The notes below the pieces were generated by a model that was given only the letters and a program-made list of their open reading frames with translations, was not told where the DNA came from and searched no databases. Below are positions 38,705-52,945 of a DNA stretch of 64,000 nucleotides, one piece after another. How positions within the stretch are numbered: position 1 is the stretch's first letter; each line of letters starts with the position of its first letter. The stretch comes from Lama guanicoe (lineage: Eukaryota): positions 6,437,220-6,501,219 of the forward strand of contig MU054323.1 of assembly GCA_013239625.1 (NCBI GenBank). Reading direction: 5' to 3'. The position numbers and the translations under genes were made by a program.

Positions 38705-39055
38705 TACACCTGCCCCATCCAATCTGGTAGCCATGAGCAACATTGTGACTACTGAGCACTGAAACCGTGACTAGTCCAAACAGAGAAGTACGGTAAGTGT
38801 CAAATACACACTGGATTTCAAAGACCTCATACAAAAAGCCCAGAATGTAAAATAAGACATCAGTATAAAAATTATTATACTGATTACATACTGGAAAGGA
38901 TAACATTCTGGATAATGCTGGTTAAGTAAAAAAAAAATTATTAAAATGAATTCCATCTGTTTCTTTTTACTTTTTAAACTGTGGCTGCTGGAAAATTTTA
39001 AATTACATATGGGGTTGTATTTGGGACTTACGCTGTATTTATACTGAACAGCTCC
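38705..39055. mobile_element. hAT-Charlie MITE (MER33/MER3-like)
   Basis: Motifs ccaatctggtagcca...tactgagcactgaaa...gactagtcc, aaatacacactggatttcaaagac, gtggctgctggaaaattttaaattacatatg. Confidence 0.65.
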
Positions 39056-39749
39056 GGCCTGCCGCTATGTTTTTTACTATGTTCTTTCCCTGACAAAATG
39101 TTCAGTGACTCCTGATTTTTGCAGAATGAAGTCCTAGCTTGGTAGCACAGGGCTCCAGAGACTCTATAATCCAGCAGTAGCCTGCCTTTGCCTGTGCAGC
39201 CCACCTTGTTAGCCATCCTGGCCTGGGCTCAGTCCTCACGCGGTGCTACACTCTCTGTTCGCAGCTTGGCTGTTCCCGTTCTCGTCATTTCCTCTGTCCA
39301 TGGCCCTTCTCTGCACAGAGGCCATCTCACTACCGCTTCAAGGTGCTGCTCACATGATCCTGCTCTGGGGAAACCTTTCCAATCCCCTGTTTCACTCACT
39401 CCCAGAATCCCTCTCCTCTGTGCTGCCATGGTTCCGGTGTGCATCTGTATTTTAATACTTCACATAATGTAACTGGTATTGTAGTTCATCTGTATCGCGT
39501 CAGTATGTCCACCTCTCCCTGTGGAGGTTAGGGACTGTGTCCAACCCAGTCTATAACATCAAACTGAACAGTGTTTTGACCAAGGAGGTCAGGAAATATT
39601 TGTCAAATGGAAGACTACTGTGTTGTCCCCAGAACCATTTCTCACCTTTCTCCTGCTCTGCTCCATACTGCAAGGAGGCCAACCCCAAAGGGTACTTTTG
39701 TAAACCTTTTCTTAGTTGACTTATGCCTGGGTTTGGCTAATGAGTGGAG

Positions 39750-41700
39750 GCTCCGGCGGGAGGCTGAACACTACAGGGTGAATTAGGAAAAGAATCTTAC
39801 TGCCAGAGCAGTGAGATGACGAGAAAGCTTTTTAGTGCTTGCTGGGTAAAGAATAGAATTGCTGGGGCTGCATCTCACAGAAATTTGGAGTTCAAAAAAT
39901 CCCTGAACAAATGAATTATTACAAAAATGGGTCCCTGGCTGGTGATACCTTCAAGGTGCTTGGCCAAAGAAAATGTACAACTGGTCTGTAGGGTCACTCT
40001 CACAATCTTGGTTCCACAGGATTTCCACAGAAAAACCAAGTCTCACTAAAGGTGAGTTCAAAGTAAAAAATTACCAAAAACAAGGAATGATCCACTATTC
40101 ATTAAAAAATGAGGATTAGAACCCCAAGAACATAAGAGAACAAAATACAGAACAAAAGGAGATGTAAAACATTTATATTTAAAATAACTCAAGACATATA
40201 TAAAGAACTTGAAGTCCTAAGCAGAATCTACAAAAACTGACAGGGAGATTTGAAAAAGAAACAAATGAAAAAGTAAATGTTATCATGGAAATAATAAATT
40301 AATAGATGAAATGGCAGATCAAACACATCTAAGGGAACAATTAGTAAATCTGAAAACAAAGCCGAAGAAATTACTTAGGATGCAGCCTAGAAAGACCGAA
40401 AGACGGAAAACACAAAATGAAGGTTAAAAGATATGGAGGATGGAATGACAAGGTCCAACGTACATCTAACAGGAGTCTAGGAGGGGAGAATAGAAAGGAC
40501 GGGAAGAAGTAACATTGAGATTATAATGACTGAGAATTTTTTAGAATTGATGAAACATACAACTCTACAGATGCAGGATGAACAATGACTCCTGATTAGG
40601 GAAAAAGTAAAATAAATTTATACCTAGACTGCAAAACACCAAGGAGAAAAAAAAAAGTTAAAATAGAAGGAAAAAAGCAGAATTAACTACATTACACAGC
40701 AATCAGACTGGCTATACACAACTCAACCAACAGCAGTAGCTGTTGAGGAAAAATAACTATCAGAGTAGACCTCTAATCCTGCTATTGTTCATGGAGAAAT
40801 GGAGGGAGAAATACAGGCATTTTCAGGCAAAGTTTGAGAGCATTTACCACTTAATAGATGTGACTAAAAGACTCACTAAGAGACGTACTTTGGGAAGAAA
40901 AGAAACTGAATAAAAAGGAAAAAAAAGAGATGTTAAGTAGTAGAAAAAAAAAGAGAGAAAGGAATGATGAGGAAAATACTAGTAATTGTGTGAAAAAATT
41001 ATTGACAGTATAAAATAATAATAATAATGACTAAGTTGATGGGATAAATTCAGTGTGAATTTTTTTAAAAGAAGCAAAGAAAATGCATGGTAAATAGAAA
41101 ATATTGAATAGGATAGATATAAAGAAAAGTCTTAAGTAGTTTCAATAAATGTAAATGGCTTAAATGGATCTTAAATCAGTCAGTTAAAAGAAAGATTCTA
41201 GATTGGGCAAAAAAAAAATTCAGCTAGATGCTGTTTATAAAGACCCCTGATACATAAGGCTATAGATATATTAGAAGTAAAGGACTGGAAAAAACTATAC
41301 AAATGCGAAGTATAAAAGAGCAGTTGGGGAGGATTTATTAGCAATAGACAAATTAGGCCTTCAAGGATCTGTAAAAGACGGTATCATAAACTATTCGTGA
41401 AAATATAATTCTTATATTGTTTACAAATAACAGAAGAGCCTCAAAGTGTAAAATAAAAAAGTGACAGAATTACCTCCTGCAAAAAATATAGAAAAAAGAA
41501 AAATTAATAAATTTATAAGTGAAGTGGTAGATTTTAATATAACTCAATGAAAATTAGTAAGAATATGAAAGATTTGAACACTATTAACAGGCCTTCTGTA
41601 ATGAACATATAAACAAGAGAATACACATTCTTTTAAAGCACCCATAGAATTAACTTCAAGAAATACCAAAGAGTCTATATTACTATGTAAAAACATTAGC
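39750..41700 (+). mobile_element. Degenerate old L1M segment (ORF1 to ORF2 start), A-rich
   Basis: A-rich strand bias; motifs aggtccaacgtacatctaacaggagtc, ataatgactgagaatttt, caataaatgtaaatggcttaaat, gatttgaacactattaac. Confidence 0.6.
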
Positions 41701-41714
41701 TGAATATAACTGGA

Positions 41715-42203
41715 CTACTCAGCCATGAAAAAGAATAAAATAATGCCATTTGCAGCAACATGGATGGACCTAGAGATCATCATTCTAAGTGAAGTAAGCC
41801 AGAAAGAGAAAGAAAAATACCATATGATATCACTCATATGTGAAACCTAAAAAAAAGAGAAAAAGAAGACACTAATGAACTCATCCCCAAAATAGAAACA
41901 GACTCACAGACATAGTAAACAATCTTATGGTTACTGGGGGAAAGGGAGTGGGAGGGATAAATTTTGGAGTTTGAGATTTGCAAATGTTAGCCGCTATATA
42001 TAAAGATAGATTAAAAAAAAACAAGTTTCTTCTGTATAGCATAGGGAACTATATTCAATAGCTTGTAATAACCTTTAATGGAAAAGAATATGAAAGCGAA
42101 CGTATGTATGTATATATATATGACTGAGACATTGTGCTGTACACTAGAAACTGACATATTGTAGCTGACTGTAGTTCAATAAAAAATAAATTAAAAAAAT
42201 AAA
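41715..42203 (+). mobile_element. Younger 5'-truncated L1 (ORF2 C-terminus plus 3' UTR) with 14-bp TSD
   Basis: Encodes YSAMKKNKIMPFAATWMDLEIIILSEVSQKEKEKYHMISLICET*, followed by AATAAA and an A-rich tail. TSD tgaatataactgga at 41701-41714 and 42204-42217. Confidence 0.85.
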
Positions 42204-42299
42204 TGAATATAACTGGAAAATTATACATTAAAATTATTTTCAAATGTTTTAATTTAAGAGCTTCCTAAAAGCCCCAGGTAGCTTCCTTCTTTAGCAAAA

Positions 42300-43570
42300 G
42301 GTACCCCATTTTACTTGACTGATCACTAGCATTTGTGACAGCTGATTACCCCCTCCTCTTTAAAATCCTTTTTCACTTGGCTTCTAGGTCACCACCTCAC
42401 CTCATATCCTCCTCCCTCACTGGTCAGTCCTTCTCAGTCTCCTTCTCTGGTTCTTCCTCATCTCCCCAGACTTAACTTTGGAACCCTAAGGCTTAGTCCT
42501 TGGAGCTCTTCTCTTGGTGATCTCGTCCAGTCTCATGACTTTAGATAACTCCCAAATTTATACTCTGGCCTGAACAGCTGCTCTGAATACCACCACATGT
42601 TCCACTGCCTCCCAGTGTCTGCACTGGATATCTCAAAGGTGACTGATGGTAAGATATCTATAACCAAACTCCTAATCTTGTTTCTATTTCATTATGTTTC
42701 AGCTCGGTTAATGGCAGTTTCACCTCTCTGGCTGCTCAAGCTGAGACCTTTGGAGACATCCTTGATATTTTTCTTCTTCTCACATCCTACATTTAGTCTA
42801 CCTGTGGCTCTATCTTCAAAACGTACCCATAATCTGACCACTTCTCACCTCATCCACCACTGTCATTCTGATCCAAGCCACCACCATCTTTCACCTGGAC
42901 TGCTGAACTACAGCTCCTAATAGGTATCTTACCTCTCACCTCTCTCCTCACAACCCCTACTTGAATCTAACAAGTCAGAGCTATCCTGTTAATACATACC
43001 AGATCATGTCCCTCCTTTGACCAAAACCCTTCAATGGGTTCTTCTCACTCTGAGCAAAAGGAGGTTTTACAATCAGCCCACAGGAAACGAAGCAGTCTCC
43101 CCCGCCTCTCTGGATACCCCTCTGTCCTTACTTCCTCCTCCTTTTGCTCCTCCCTCATTCTAGCCACACTGGCCCCCGTGCTGTTCCTCAAAGATTACAG
43201 GCATGCTCCTTGCATGTTGCACGTGCTGTTTCCTTTGCCTACAATGATCTTCCAGGTATCCCATGGCTTCCCCTAGATATCCCTCATGTCCTTCAAGTCT
43301 TTGCTCACATGCCACCATTTCAGAGCAGCTTTATCTGAGTAGCTTGTTTGAAACTGGAATTCCTCTGGATCCGCCTCTCCCTATCCAGCACTTTCTTTCC
43401 CTAATCTGCTTTATTTTACTAAGACACTACATATTTATTCGTTTTGTTTTCTGTCCTACCTTCCTCAAATGTCAGCTCCAAGAAGGCAGGAATTTTTGTC
43501 TATTTTATAATCTGCTATGTCCCTAGTGTCTGACATACACTAGGTCTTTAACAAGTATTTATAGAATGGG
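42300..43570 (+). mobile_element. L2 LINE 3' region
   Basis: L2 motifs (gcatttgtgacagctgattacccc, ccagtctcatgactttagataactcccaaattta, gtcagctccaagaaggcagg...cctagtgtctgacatacactagg). Confidence 0.7.
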
Positions 43571-45004
43571 ATGTGAAGATAAACTCTGAGCTGCAGGAGA
43601 CAGTACATCAATATTAGCCATAGGTGGTCAGAGAGAATGACGGAAACTTTCTAGTAAGTTTTTCCTGGTAGTCAGGAAGAATGGGAAGGTGGAAAAGTGA
43701 GAGATCATGTCTACTAGCAGGTCAAAGTTTCTGGAGGAATAATTGGTGGTGGGCTGAGCCACAAGACCCCCCACACTTGTGTTAGGACGTGGAGATTGAG
43801 AGCCAAATTATGACTAATGAGTAACAGTTATGAAAACTGTGTCTCACTGTTATAATTACAGTGCAAGCAAGCAAACAAGATAGCTTAGAAAGGAGAGGAG
43901 AGAGATCTTCGAAGGTTCCAAAAGGTGAAGGACAAAAGACAATTTGTGATGACTGATACAAAGAGGGCTTGTTCAGATTATGTCGTCAAGTCCCAGAAAG
44001 GTCCTTGCCATTCTGAGGAGAGCAACACCACAGAACAATGCTATTCTCTGTGTGCCCAAGTTAAGCGGCCAGAGTATCACATAATGGCTTTCAGTCTCAC
44101 TGGGTTTAAGCTCAGTGAAGAGACGAGATTTTAACAGTAAATCCAGATGACCAAACTGGGTGCATTTTCTGTCTTTTAGCACTCTGTATCCGTACGCCCA
44201 TCACTACAGTACCGACTTGGGGCAACAGGGCTATCATATGCATGTATGTTTTTTTCTCAGTATTACTAAACAGACTGCTACACCTCTACTTTTCCCTGAT
44301 GGTATGATTATACAACCTATATTTTCCAACTTGTTTATGATTGCATAATTGGATACTATACCCCAAACTGCTAAGTTTAAGACACACTAATACTATAGCA
44401 CTGCCTGACTCTGATTTCATGGTGGTTAACAGATGACACTGGTGACACAGGGACCCCAGTAGCAGGTCCTCCCAGTACCCAGCCTGAATTCATTTAAAGC
44501 AGTTACCTCTCTTTTTCTCTCATCTTGGAATTTAAATGACTGTTCTACTTTTGTGATTTACAGTAACAGCAACTAAGAACATGAGCTTGGGAGTCAGATC
44601 TGGACTCAAGTTCTAACTCCATCACTCACTAACCCAGACACACGCCCAAATGTTTAGCCCATCACTTAGTACACAGCAAGTGCTTAGTAAATGTTAACTG
44701 TTATTTCTAGTATCTGTGTGTCAGACACTTAACTAGTGTTTCATAAATCTCTTAAGTCTCATCTGTAATACAGTTATCTATCTTTATCATACAGATGAGA
44801 CTAAGGCTCACAGGGGTGAGCTCAAAGAGCCACAACTCAAAGCAGCCCTCCCACTGGACTTCCCACTACACTCATTTTATCCCTTTTTGATTGTATCACT
44901 CTAAGTGATTTTGCCTTTGACAACAGCATTAAGACATCTCAAGCACATCTTTCATAACTTGTTGTTCCTGTTTGAGTTAAAAGTGATTATGAAGAGAAAT
45001 TACT

Positions 45005-45835
45005 TTTAAAATAGGCAAAGGATCTGAATATATATTTCTCCAAAGAAGATGTACAGATGGTCCACAAGCACATGAAAAGATGCTCAACATCATTAGTCAT
45101 GGAGGAGATGTAAATCAAAGCCACAAGCTGTCAATTCACACCCACAAGGATGGCTTTAACAAAAAGTCAGATAATAACAAGTGCTGGTGAGAATGTGGAG
45201 AAACAGAGACCCCTGCACATGACTGGTTGGGATATAAAATGGTACAGCCACTTTGGAAAACAGTCTGGCAGTTCCCCAGAAAGTTAAACACTTGATCCAG
45301 CATTTTCATTCCTAGGTATATACCCAAGAGAAATGAAGATATATGTTCACACAGAACTTGTATGCAAATGTACCTAGCAGCATTATTCATGATAGCCAAA
45401 AAGTGGAAACCAAAACGTCCGTCAATTAATAAATGGATAAATAAAATGTGATCTATCCATACAATGGAATATTATTTGGCCATAAAAGGAATAAAGTACT
45501 GATAACATGCTACAGCATAATGTACCTTGAAAACATTGTGCTAAGTGAAATAAGCCAATCACAAAAATCTCACACATTTATGAATGTCCAGAACAGGCTG
45601 GGAGACAGAACATAGATTAGTGGTTGCCTAGGGCTGTGGGGGATGCAGGGTGCATAGGAAGATAGGAGGGTGTAACTAATGGGTACAGGGTTTCTTTTTG
45701 AGGAGAAGAAAATGTTCTATAATTGATTGTGGTAATGCTTGTATAACTCTGAATATACTAAAAAGCACAGAATTGTATACTTGGGGGAACTGTGTGGAAT
45801 TTAAATTATGTCAATAAGGCTGTTACCAAAAAAAG
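45005..45835 (+). mobile_element. L1MB-like 3' fragment
   Basis: aaaataggcaaaggatctgaata...tttctccaaagaagat, catgaaaagatgctcaacatcattagtcat, aaatggtacagccactttggaaaacagtctggcagtt; ends caataaggctgttaccaaaaaaa. Confidence 0.8.
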
Positions 45836-46774
45836 TGATTCTGTTCAGCTTTAACCTTTTGGATACTCTTCCTAGAGATTCTTGTCCTTGTTTATTATTT
45901 TCAGTCCTTGCCTCCTTATGTCTTCTCAGTGTATACTTTCTACATACAGAAAACACTGTGCAGCATCTGATTTTTCCTCTTTGTCTTTTCATTGGTTCAA
46001 TGGTAGTTGTACTGCAGGAACTTCATTATTATGAAAATGGTGGCGATATTAGAACTCCAGTGTAGAGGTTAAGAGCATAGATTCTGGAGCCGGACCACTT
46101 GGGTTTGAACCCAGCTCTACCACTATCTGTGTAACCCTGAACAAGCTACTTAAGCCCTGTTCTAACTTCTATACCTATAAAAAGAAAATAATAATGAGGT
46201 AATGTATCTGAGGACCTTAGAAAGGTATCCAGATCAATAAGTACTCAATAAAGAGCACTTTTCATCTTTTTTTTACTGGCATGAGAGATGGTTTTACAGC
46301 TATAACTTCATTATTTTATTAAAATGGTGGCAATAATAGCACAATGATCTTTCTCCTCCTAGAACCTTTGTTTCCTGTCTTCACGGGTTCCCTTCACTCC
46401 CCAACACTTTACTGCTGATACTCTCAAAGGTCTGATGTTCTCCCAAGTCATCTCATTTACTCTCACTGGCTTAAAAGCCATCAATATGCATTCATGCCAC
46501 CAGCTGATGTCCATCTGATGCTGTGTATCCTAATTATATCTGACTACCCACTAGACGAGTCTGTCTGGATGTCCCACAGGTGCTCTGTAGTCAAAACTGC
46601 ACTCATCTTCTTCCCCCAACTCTGATTCTTCACTGCAGCTGGTGGCATCATGATTCCACCCTGTCCCCAGGACACAAACCTGGGAATCAAACTGATCCCT
46701 CACCTGCCCACACATCCCAATAATTCCCAGCTCCTGCCAATTTCCCCTCAGAAATAATTCTTAACTCTGTCTCA

Positions 46775-46942
46775 TCACTTTTTCTCCACCTTGGCTTCAT
46801 ATCAGAATCATCTGGGAAGCTCTGAAAAATCCCCACGCCCAGGCTGCACTGCAGGCCATTTAAATCGGGACTCAGGCATCAACAGCGTTTTAAAGCTCCC
46901 CAGGTGCTTCCACTGAGCAGCCAAGCCAGGGAAACCCTGGTT
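46775..46942. mobile_element. MER5A-like hAT MITE inside an L2 remnant
   Basis: cagaatcatctgggaagctctgaaaaat...cccaggctgcac, ttttaaagctccccaggtgcttcc...gcagccaag. Confidence 0.6.
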
Positions 46943-47979
46943 TAGCCCTCCGTCCGCCTCTCAAGCCTCAACTTGCAGTGTCCCTGACTTTCCACATCCT
47001 CTCCAGCAAGAGTGAACTGCTTACACTCGCACCTCTCCTCCTCCACCCGGGCTGCTGCTTGTCTCCGTCGTCCTCTCCACGTCCCACCCTCCAACCTGGC
47101 TTCCTCCTACTTCTCCTATGGATCTGGCAGTTGCCTCCTCCAGGAAGTCTTTTCTAACACACCACCTCCAGGAAGTCTTTTCTAACCCACCAATCTACAG
47201 TTGAATTAGGTTTTCCCTCCTCTGTACTCTCTTGGTGCCCAGTAAATACCTATTACTGTGCTCAGCATGCTGTTTTACAGTGATCTGCTTATGTGCCTGC
47301 TCCCCTCACAGAGTAGGTACTGCCTGAGGCCAGGACCATCTGACACTCATTTTCATATTCTCAGCACCTAGTGCTCTGCATCTGCTTATGCAAATTCCCC
47401 ACACATGTTAGCTGAATGACCTTCCCAAGACGAGGAAAAGTTTTTTGGAAAGACATTGATGGATGGGTTGGATTTTGATACATATTTTTTTCACTCAAGG
47501 TGAAACCACCAACTTGATTACTTAACACTCTGCTTCACTCTGATGCCCGCAAGCAGCCACTACAGTTTCTTTTACTATATATATATAGACTCTTATTTTG
47601 TACTAAAAATGTCTTATTCTACATTTGCAGTGAGTATTAATCTGTAAATTCCTTCCAGTCATTTTAGAGGAAAAGTTGGAGTAAAAATCATAAATAACGT
47701 TACAGTCTGTTATTAGCCCAGGTTATATTTTCTTTCACTTTCAGATCAAAATTTATTTTGCTTTTGAGATACATATGCTTACCTATCTTGGATCAAAATA
47801 TCTCAACCTTTACCACTTAAAAATTTCTTTTGTTCCCTGGGCTAAAAAACAATTTGCTATCCTGTACCCAGAGACTATGTTAAGGAAAAAGAGAAATTCT
47901 GAAGAAATTCAATCAGGACTACATACAAACAGTTAAAAATAAGGTTTAAAGGATGCTTCAAAAGAAATACACAATACAA

Positions 47980-50900
47980 GTAATGTAGTTTGTGCCCTTT
48001 TAATAAACACACTTGCATAGTTATATTACAATTTGTAAAAATAAAAACGGATTACTTCATGCCAAGCGTGCCCAGCATTTGCACAATCTCAATACCTTTA
48101 ATACTATAGTTTTCAAGACACAAAATAAAAATTTAAGGCAAAAAAACAGCATTCTGCAACAACTTAATAATTTATTACATTACAGTAGCATCACAGCAGC
48201 ATCCAATAATGCCACTTTAGGCAAAAGTCTCTCAGCATTTCCACTATAGTTTCTATTTACAAGAATTTATAACTTGGTAAAATTCATCCTAAGAAAACCT
48301 GGCAAATAAAGCTTTGGAGTGAGTGGATTTGGCATTTCTTTCTCTACTTTTCCTTCCCCTACTGTCTTTATTTTAAATTATCAGTATTCATATTATATTT
48401 TAAAACACTAGAAGAGCTGTTACATTGTTTTAATAGCTTTATTATTTTTAAATGACTCCTTAAGATAAAGTTTTAGAGGAAACTATACAACAGGTAGGGT
48501 TAATTTAAATCTTCAAATTTTCTTAAAAAATCAGCTTTGGTCTTAGAACTGATTTTTTCTTTGCTGGAAAACCCATCAAGTTTAATCGCATACTTTAAAA
48601 ATGATTATCACATGTTGTAATTTTAAAATAAACAGGTATTTTGATTCTTTACCTGCTACAGGGTTCAGATTTATCCAGCTGTGCTCCCATTCTAAAATTC
48701 TGCGTTCCTGATAAACTCCTTCTAATGTGGTTTTCTAAGCAAATTGAAAGCTGCCTCATATTGAATAAGGAAGAGAGCAAATACATGGCTGAATATGAGG
48801 TATTGCAAAGGACTGCATGCTTTTTAAGGACAGGTTATATTATGTCATACCATTTCCTTTACTTTAAGCTTCCTCTCAAATATAGACAAAAATACCTAAA
48901 CAAAGACATTATTTCTGTAAATACAGTAAATTTATTTTCCAGACAGACACTCAGCTTAAATATGCCATTATGTGATTTAGTCCATAGGTACCTGATGAAT
49001 ATATTATTTTCAAATTGATTATAGACGCTAAACTCCATCTGAATGTCATTCTTGATAATCTGTATCAGTGAAAAAGTGAAGCACTTTGAGCTATAAAAAT
49101 ACCTTTGAAATAATTTATCAGTGTACTAAACAAGCCCAAATTCAAAATTATAAAGAGAAAATATGGTACCAAATCATGTAGCTAATTAAGTGGTCTAATT
49201 TCTAGCTTCAGGGTTTAAAATGGATTTAAAGTAACTGCCTTTAACCTGAACCCAATTAATGGGTGCAAAAGCAGTGAGTTCAGAAAATAAAAGGAAAGAC
49301 CAAGTTATCCATACAATTTGGAAGATCAGCTGAATTCACAAGGACTCAATCTTTGTGCTGTTCCCTTTAGTGACTGCCACCTGTACAGTGGTACTATTGC
49401 TTTCCTATTAATGTCATATTTTATAAAAGTATCATGATGATGCGAGATGCCAAAAATTGAGGTGTTCTAATAACTAGAAATCCCTGCCTCAGGGAGCACA
49501 CATACATATCACCACTGTATAGCCCAATGACGTGAAGTATTCTGGAACACAGACATCTGAACTTTGCAAAGTTCTAACTAAAACCGTTGATTCTTTCTCA
49601 AGTGTTGTAAAGTTATGATTTGGGCAAAGTATGAGTGAAATCACTCTTTCATAATGTATAGGCACATTAACTTAAATATTGCACAAAATACGCCTCTAAC
49701 TTAAACTCAGAGGTATAAAAACATATTTCACTCTTCTTAAAGAACTCTGTGAGGAAAAAGACTCTGTGATTGTATGTACACTTTTCCTGATAATACTTGG
49801 ACATTCATAAACAGTAGATTGCACTGCAGTTTGTAAACATTTTAAATTGCATAAACTTCTCATTGATTTTCAAATATAGTTTAATACTGTCCACTAAAAC
49901 TCTTTTTTGTTTCAGCTAAGCACTCTCACATTTATTAGTTTATAATAATGTTTATTATCTTTAAAGTGTCTTCCACTCAAGGAAAAGAAGTAAAATCCTA
50001 TGCCAAAGTAGCCAATGTGGTTGAAGAATAGGTATTAGCCAGAGAATATGGATGGTAAACCAATCCTCTAGCCTTAAAGCAGCTTCTCGGACATAGAGGA
50101 ATGCTCCTCACACATCTTTCCTTCACTTGAATCTACTCCCAACTAGACAGAGTCTGTATGCCTGCTTCAGGGGCACTTAAAGTCTTCAGGATTCCTCATG
50201 ATCTTTACCAAATATATTAAGAAGAATGTCAACCAGTGTCCTTTTGTGACCTTGGACATGTAGTCACCTAATTAAAATAGGTAACATGAATTCTGACTCT
50301 CAAATGTATAGACATAAATGCTCTGTCTAAGATAGGGAAGGTTTCATATCTCATGATCAATGATGGGAGCCTTTCATTCCTCAAAAATAATCCATTTTTA
50401 GGTCATCAATAAAGAAGCAACAACTAACCACTGCAGCACACGATGCAGTATCTTCATGAGCCCAGAGCACACAGAGATCCCAAGGGAACTCCCACAGGAC
50501 AGTGCTCATTCTTGGGCCACTGAAACAGATAAAATACATCCCATTCTGCATAATACCACTGGGGAGGCAACTTTCCTCTTCCACGAAATAACAAAAGCTC
50601 CCTAAGTGTTATTGCTCCCACCCCAAACTACACAGTAAACAGAGAAAAGGATATATCCAATGCTTGGCCTTAAAAAAATTTAAATGTTGGTACTCATAGT
50701 GGCATATTAGAAAGTAGAATAATAAACAGTGTTTATTGGGGGACAAATCGCATATTGAACCAATTAAGAGCTCACTGTGATTAGGATTAGATCAAACATA
50801 ACAGCAAAATATAAGCAATTCTGAATTCTGCAATGAATATACATGTTGCAATAACATTAGAAAAGCACGGCAGCCCATTCCAAACCAGCGAGAATAGTCT

Positions 50901-51257
50901 GTGCAAATAGTGGGTCTTTGTGTGTTCGAACTCCCACCATGTTAAGGGCAAACTCAATATGCATGCTAATGACCTACAATTACCAAATTAAAAAGGAAGA
51001 AAAAAGCTAAAGGATGCCAGAGTGAACAGCAGGGAAAGCCACACAAAGACCCACTATCCTTTAACTTGTTACAAATAAGTTTTAACTGTAAATTAGAAAC
51101 ACAAAGAAATAATCACAAGTGGCTCTAACATTCGAACGAAGTTAATGAATTGTGTAGGAGATATTTGATCAGGGCTGCCTGCCCTGCCTCCACGCTAGAG
51201 TCAAACTTGGATAGTGGGTCTCTGGGGTGCTTTCACACTGGAAGACAACATTGGGTC
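47980..51257 (-). other. ITSN2: Alternative terminal exon and 3' UTR of the short isoform ITSN2-S
   Basis: Acceptor tttctttttatag|ga at 51258/51257; T+GA forms TGA right after DPSQQ. Downstream is AT-rich, repeat-poor sequence with minus-strand AATAAA at 50732-50737, 49951-49956 and 48171-48176 and ATTAAA at 47999-48004. The distal end is uncertain. Confidence 0.75.
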
Positions 51258-52945
51258 CTATAAAAAGAAAAATGAGGAATAAAATGAACATAAAGCAAAT
51301 CAAGTGGGTGAAAAAAATTCGACTAATTACATGCAACATCAACTAAGCAAATTTGAACTACTAAAATTCTCAACCTTTGAAAAAATATCCTAACTACATA
51401 ATAAATTGAAAATACTATTTACAAGGGCTCCAGAAACACAAATTACAGTCTAATACGCTACTCTAATACTCTTGCACTCCTGGCTGTTCTTTAGAATAGC
51501 TTTTAACTATTCTTTATAGTCATTATTATATAAGACTTAATTGGAAAAAAGTGTTCCACCACTGGGAAACAAGATAAACAACAAAACATTTGGAAAACCA
51601 TCACTTTACATTGCAGACACTATAAAAGCCAAATGTAATGACATACTGGAATGCCTCCAGGGATCACTTAACCAAAGATTTTCCAGACCCAATAGGTTTG
51701 AAAAGTACTTTCCTCTCAGGTCCAGGAAAGACATCTAAGGTATTCCTAATTAATCAGATAAACCAGCCAGCACTGAAAACTGCCAAACCATCAGCAGGGT
51801 TTAAAAATGGTTGTTCATTTAGGTAATCCAAATTGTTATAATTTTCTTTACTACCTCTCCTAAAACCCTGAAATATTTTGGGGAATGTTCAAACCATAAA
51901 AAACTGGATTCCACCTCCAAACTGGGAAATTCAGTTGCTTTATCTAAAGGAAAGTCTTCTCTCAAAATCAGAATTATCTTTATACGCTCTAGAGTGAAAA
52001 TAATGCACTAATATTTCAAAATTATAGATACAGTACAAAGTAAATTCACAACACTTGCTATGAATCATAAACATCTCATCTTTGACTGTGTTACCATTTA
52101 TATGTTCTTAGAAGCTAAGTTAAAATGAAAGGCTAAAGCTTTTAGATAATTTCACAAGAATGATAAAGATACAAATCATGCTGTATTTTATTTAAAAAAA
52201 AAAGACAAAAAAATCAAAAGGATGGGCAAAAGTGACATCCATCTTATAAAGGTAAAAAATATTTCCAAGTACGGCTTATTCTCTATTAATGCTGTGTACC
52301 GTCAAATATAAGAAAGGCTAGGTAACTACCAAGAGATAATTTTATGTAACACCGAATCTCATCCTTTGAGAGCTGGACCTTAATCTAAAAATAGTGAAGC
52401 AGATCTTGATTCATGTATCTCTTGTGGAATAAGTTATCTATCTAAAAAAATCACCTGATGAGAGTTTTGTAAACAAACTATTCATAAAATAAATTTTAAA
52501 ATTTTCTTTTAAATTTTCTTCTAACCTGAATGATACATCAAAATGTGGGAAATAAATGAGAAGGTTGCAAAATTAATAGCACCTGTACACTAAAAGGGTC
52601 CTTTTGAATAGGACAATAGGGTAATTGCTGGCTACTCTTTATTAAGATGAAAAAGGCTGGTAGAAAGGGAAGACCACAATCCTAACAAAGAAGCCGTGAA
52701 AGAATTACAACTTTTTTCAGATAAAGTCTATTAGTAAGGTCTGAAGCTAGGAAAAAAGTATTTAAAATAAAGCAGTATAATTTTTGATTTTCTGAAGTTT
52801 CCTTTTATATTTTCTTACTCTAAGCATTAATATACATTTGCTAAGAGTGCTGAGTTTAAGATCTGATCCATAACAGTAATGAATGCAGTGCTGCATATTA
52901 AAGCTTTTGCACCAGTTAAGAAGTAAATAGTTTGACATTACTCAC

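Noticed and set aside
47137..47192. 28-bp direct repeat cctccaggaagtcttttctaac(a/c)cacca x2
   Set aside because: A two-copy local tandem duplication inside an L2 remnant, with no spacers; not CRISPR-like.
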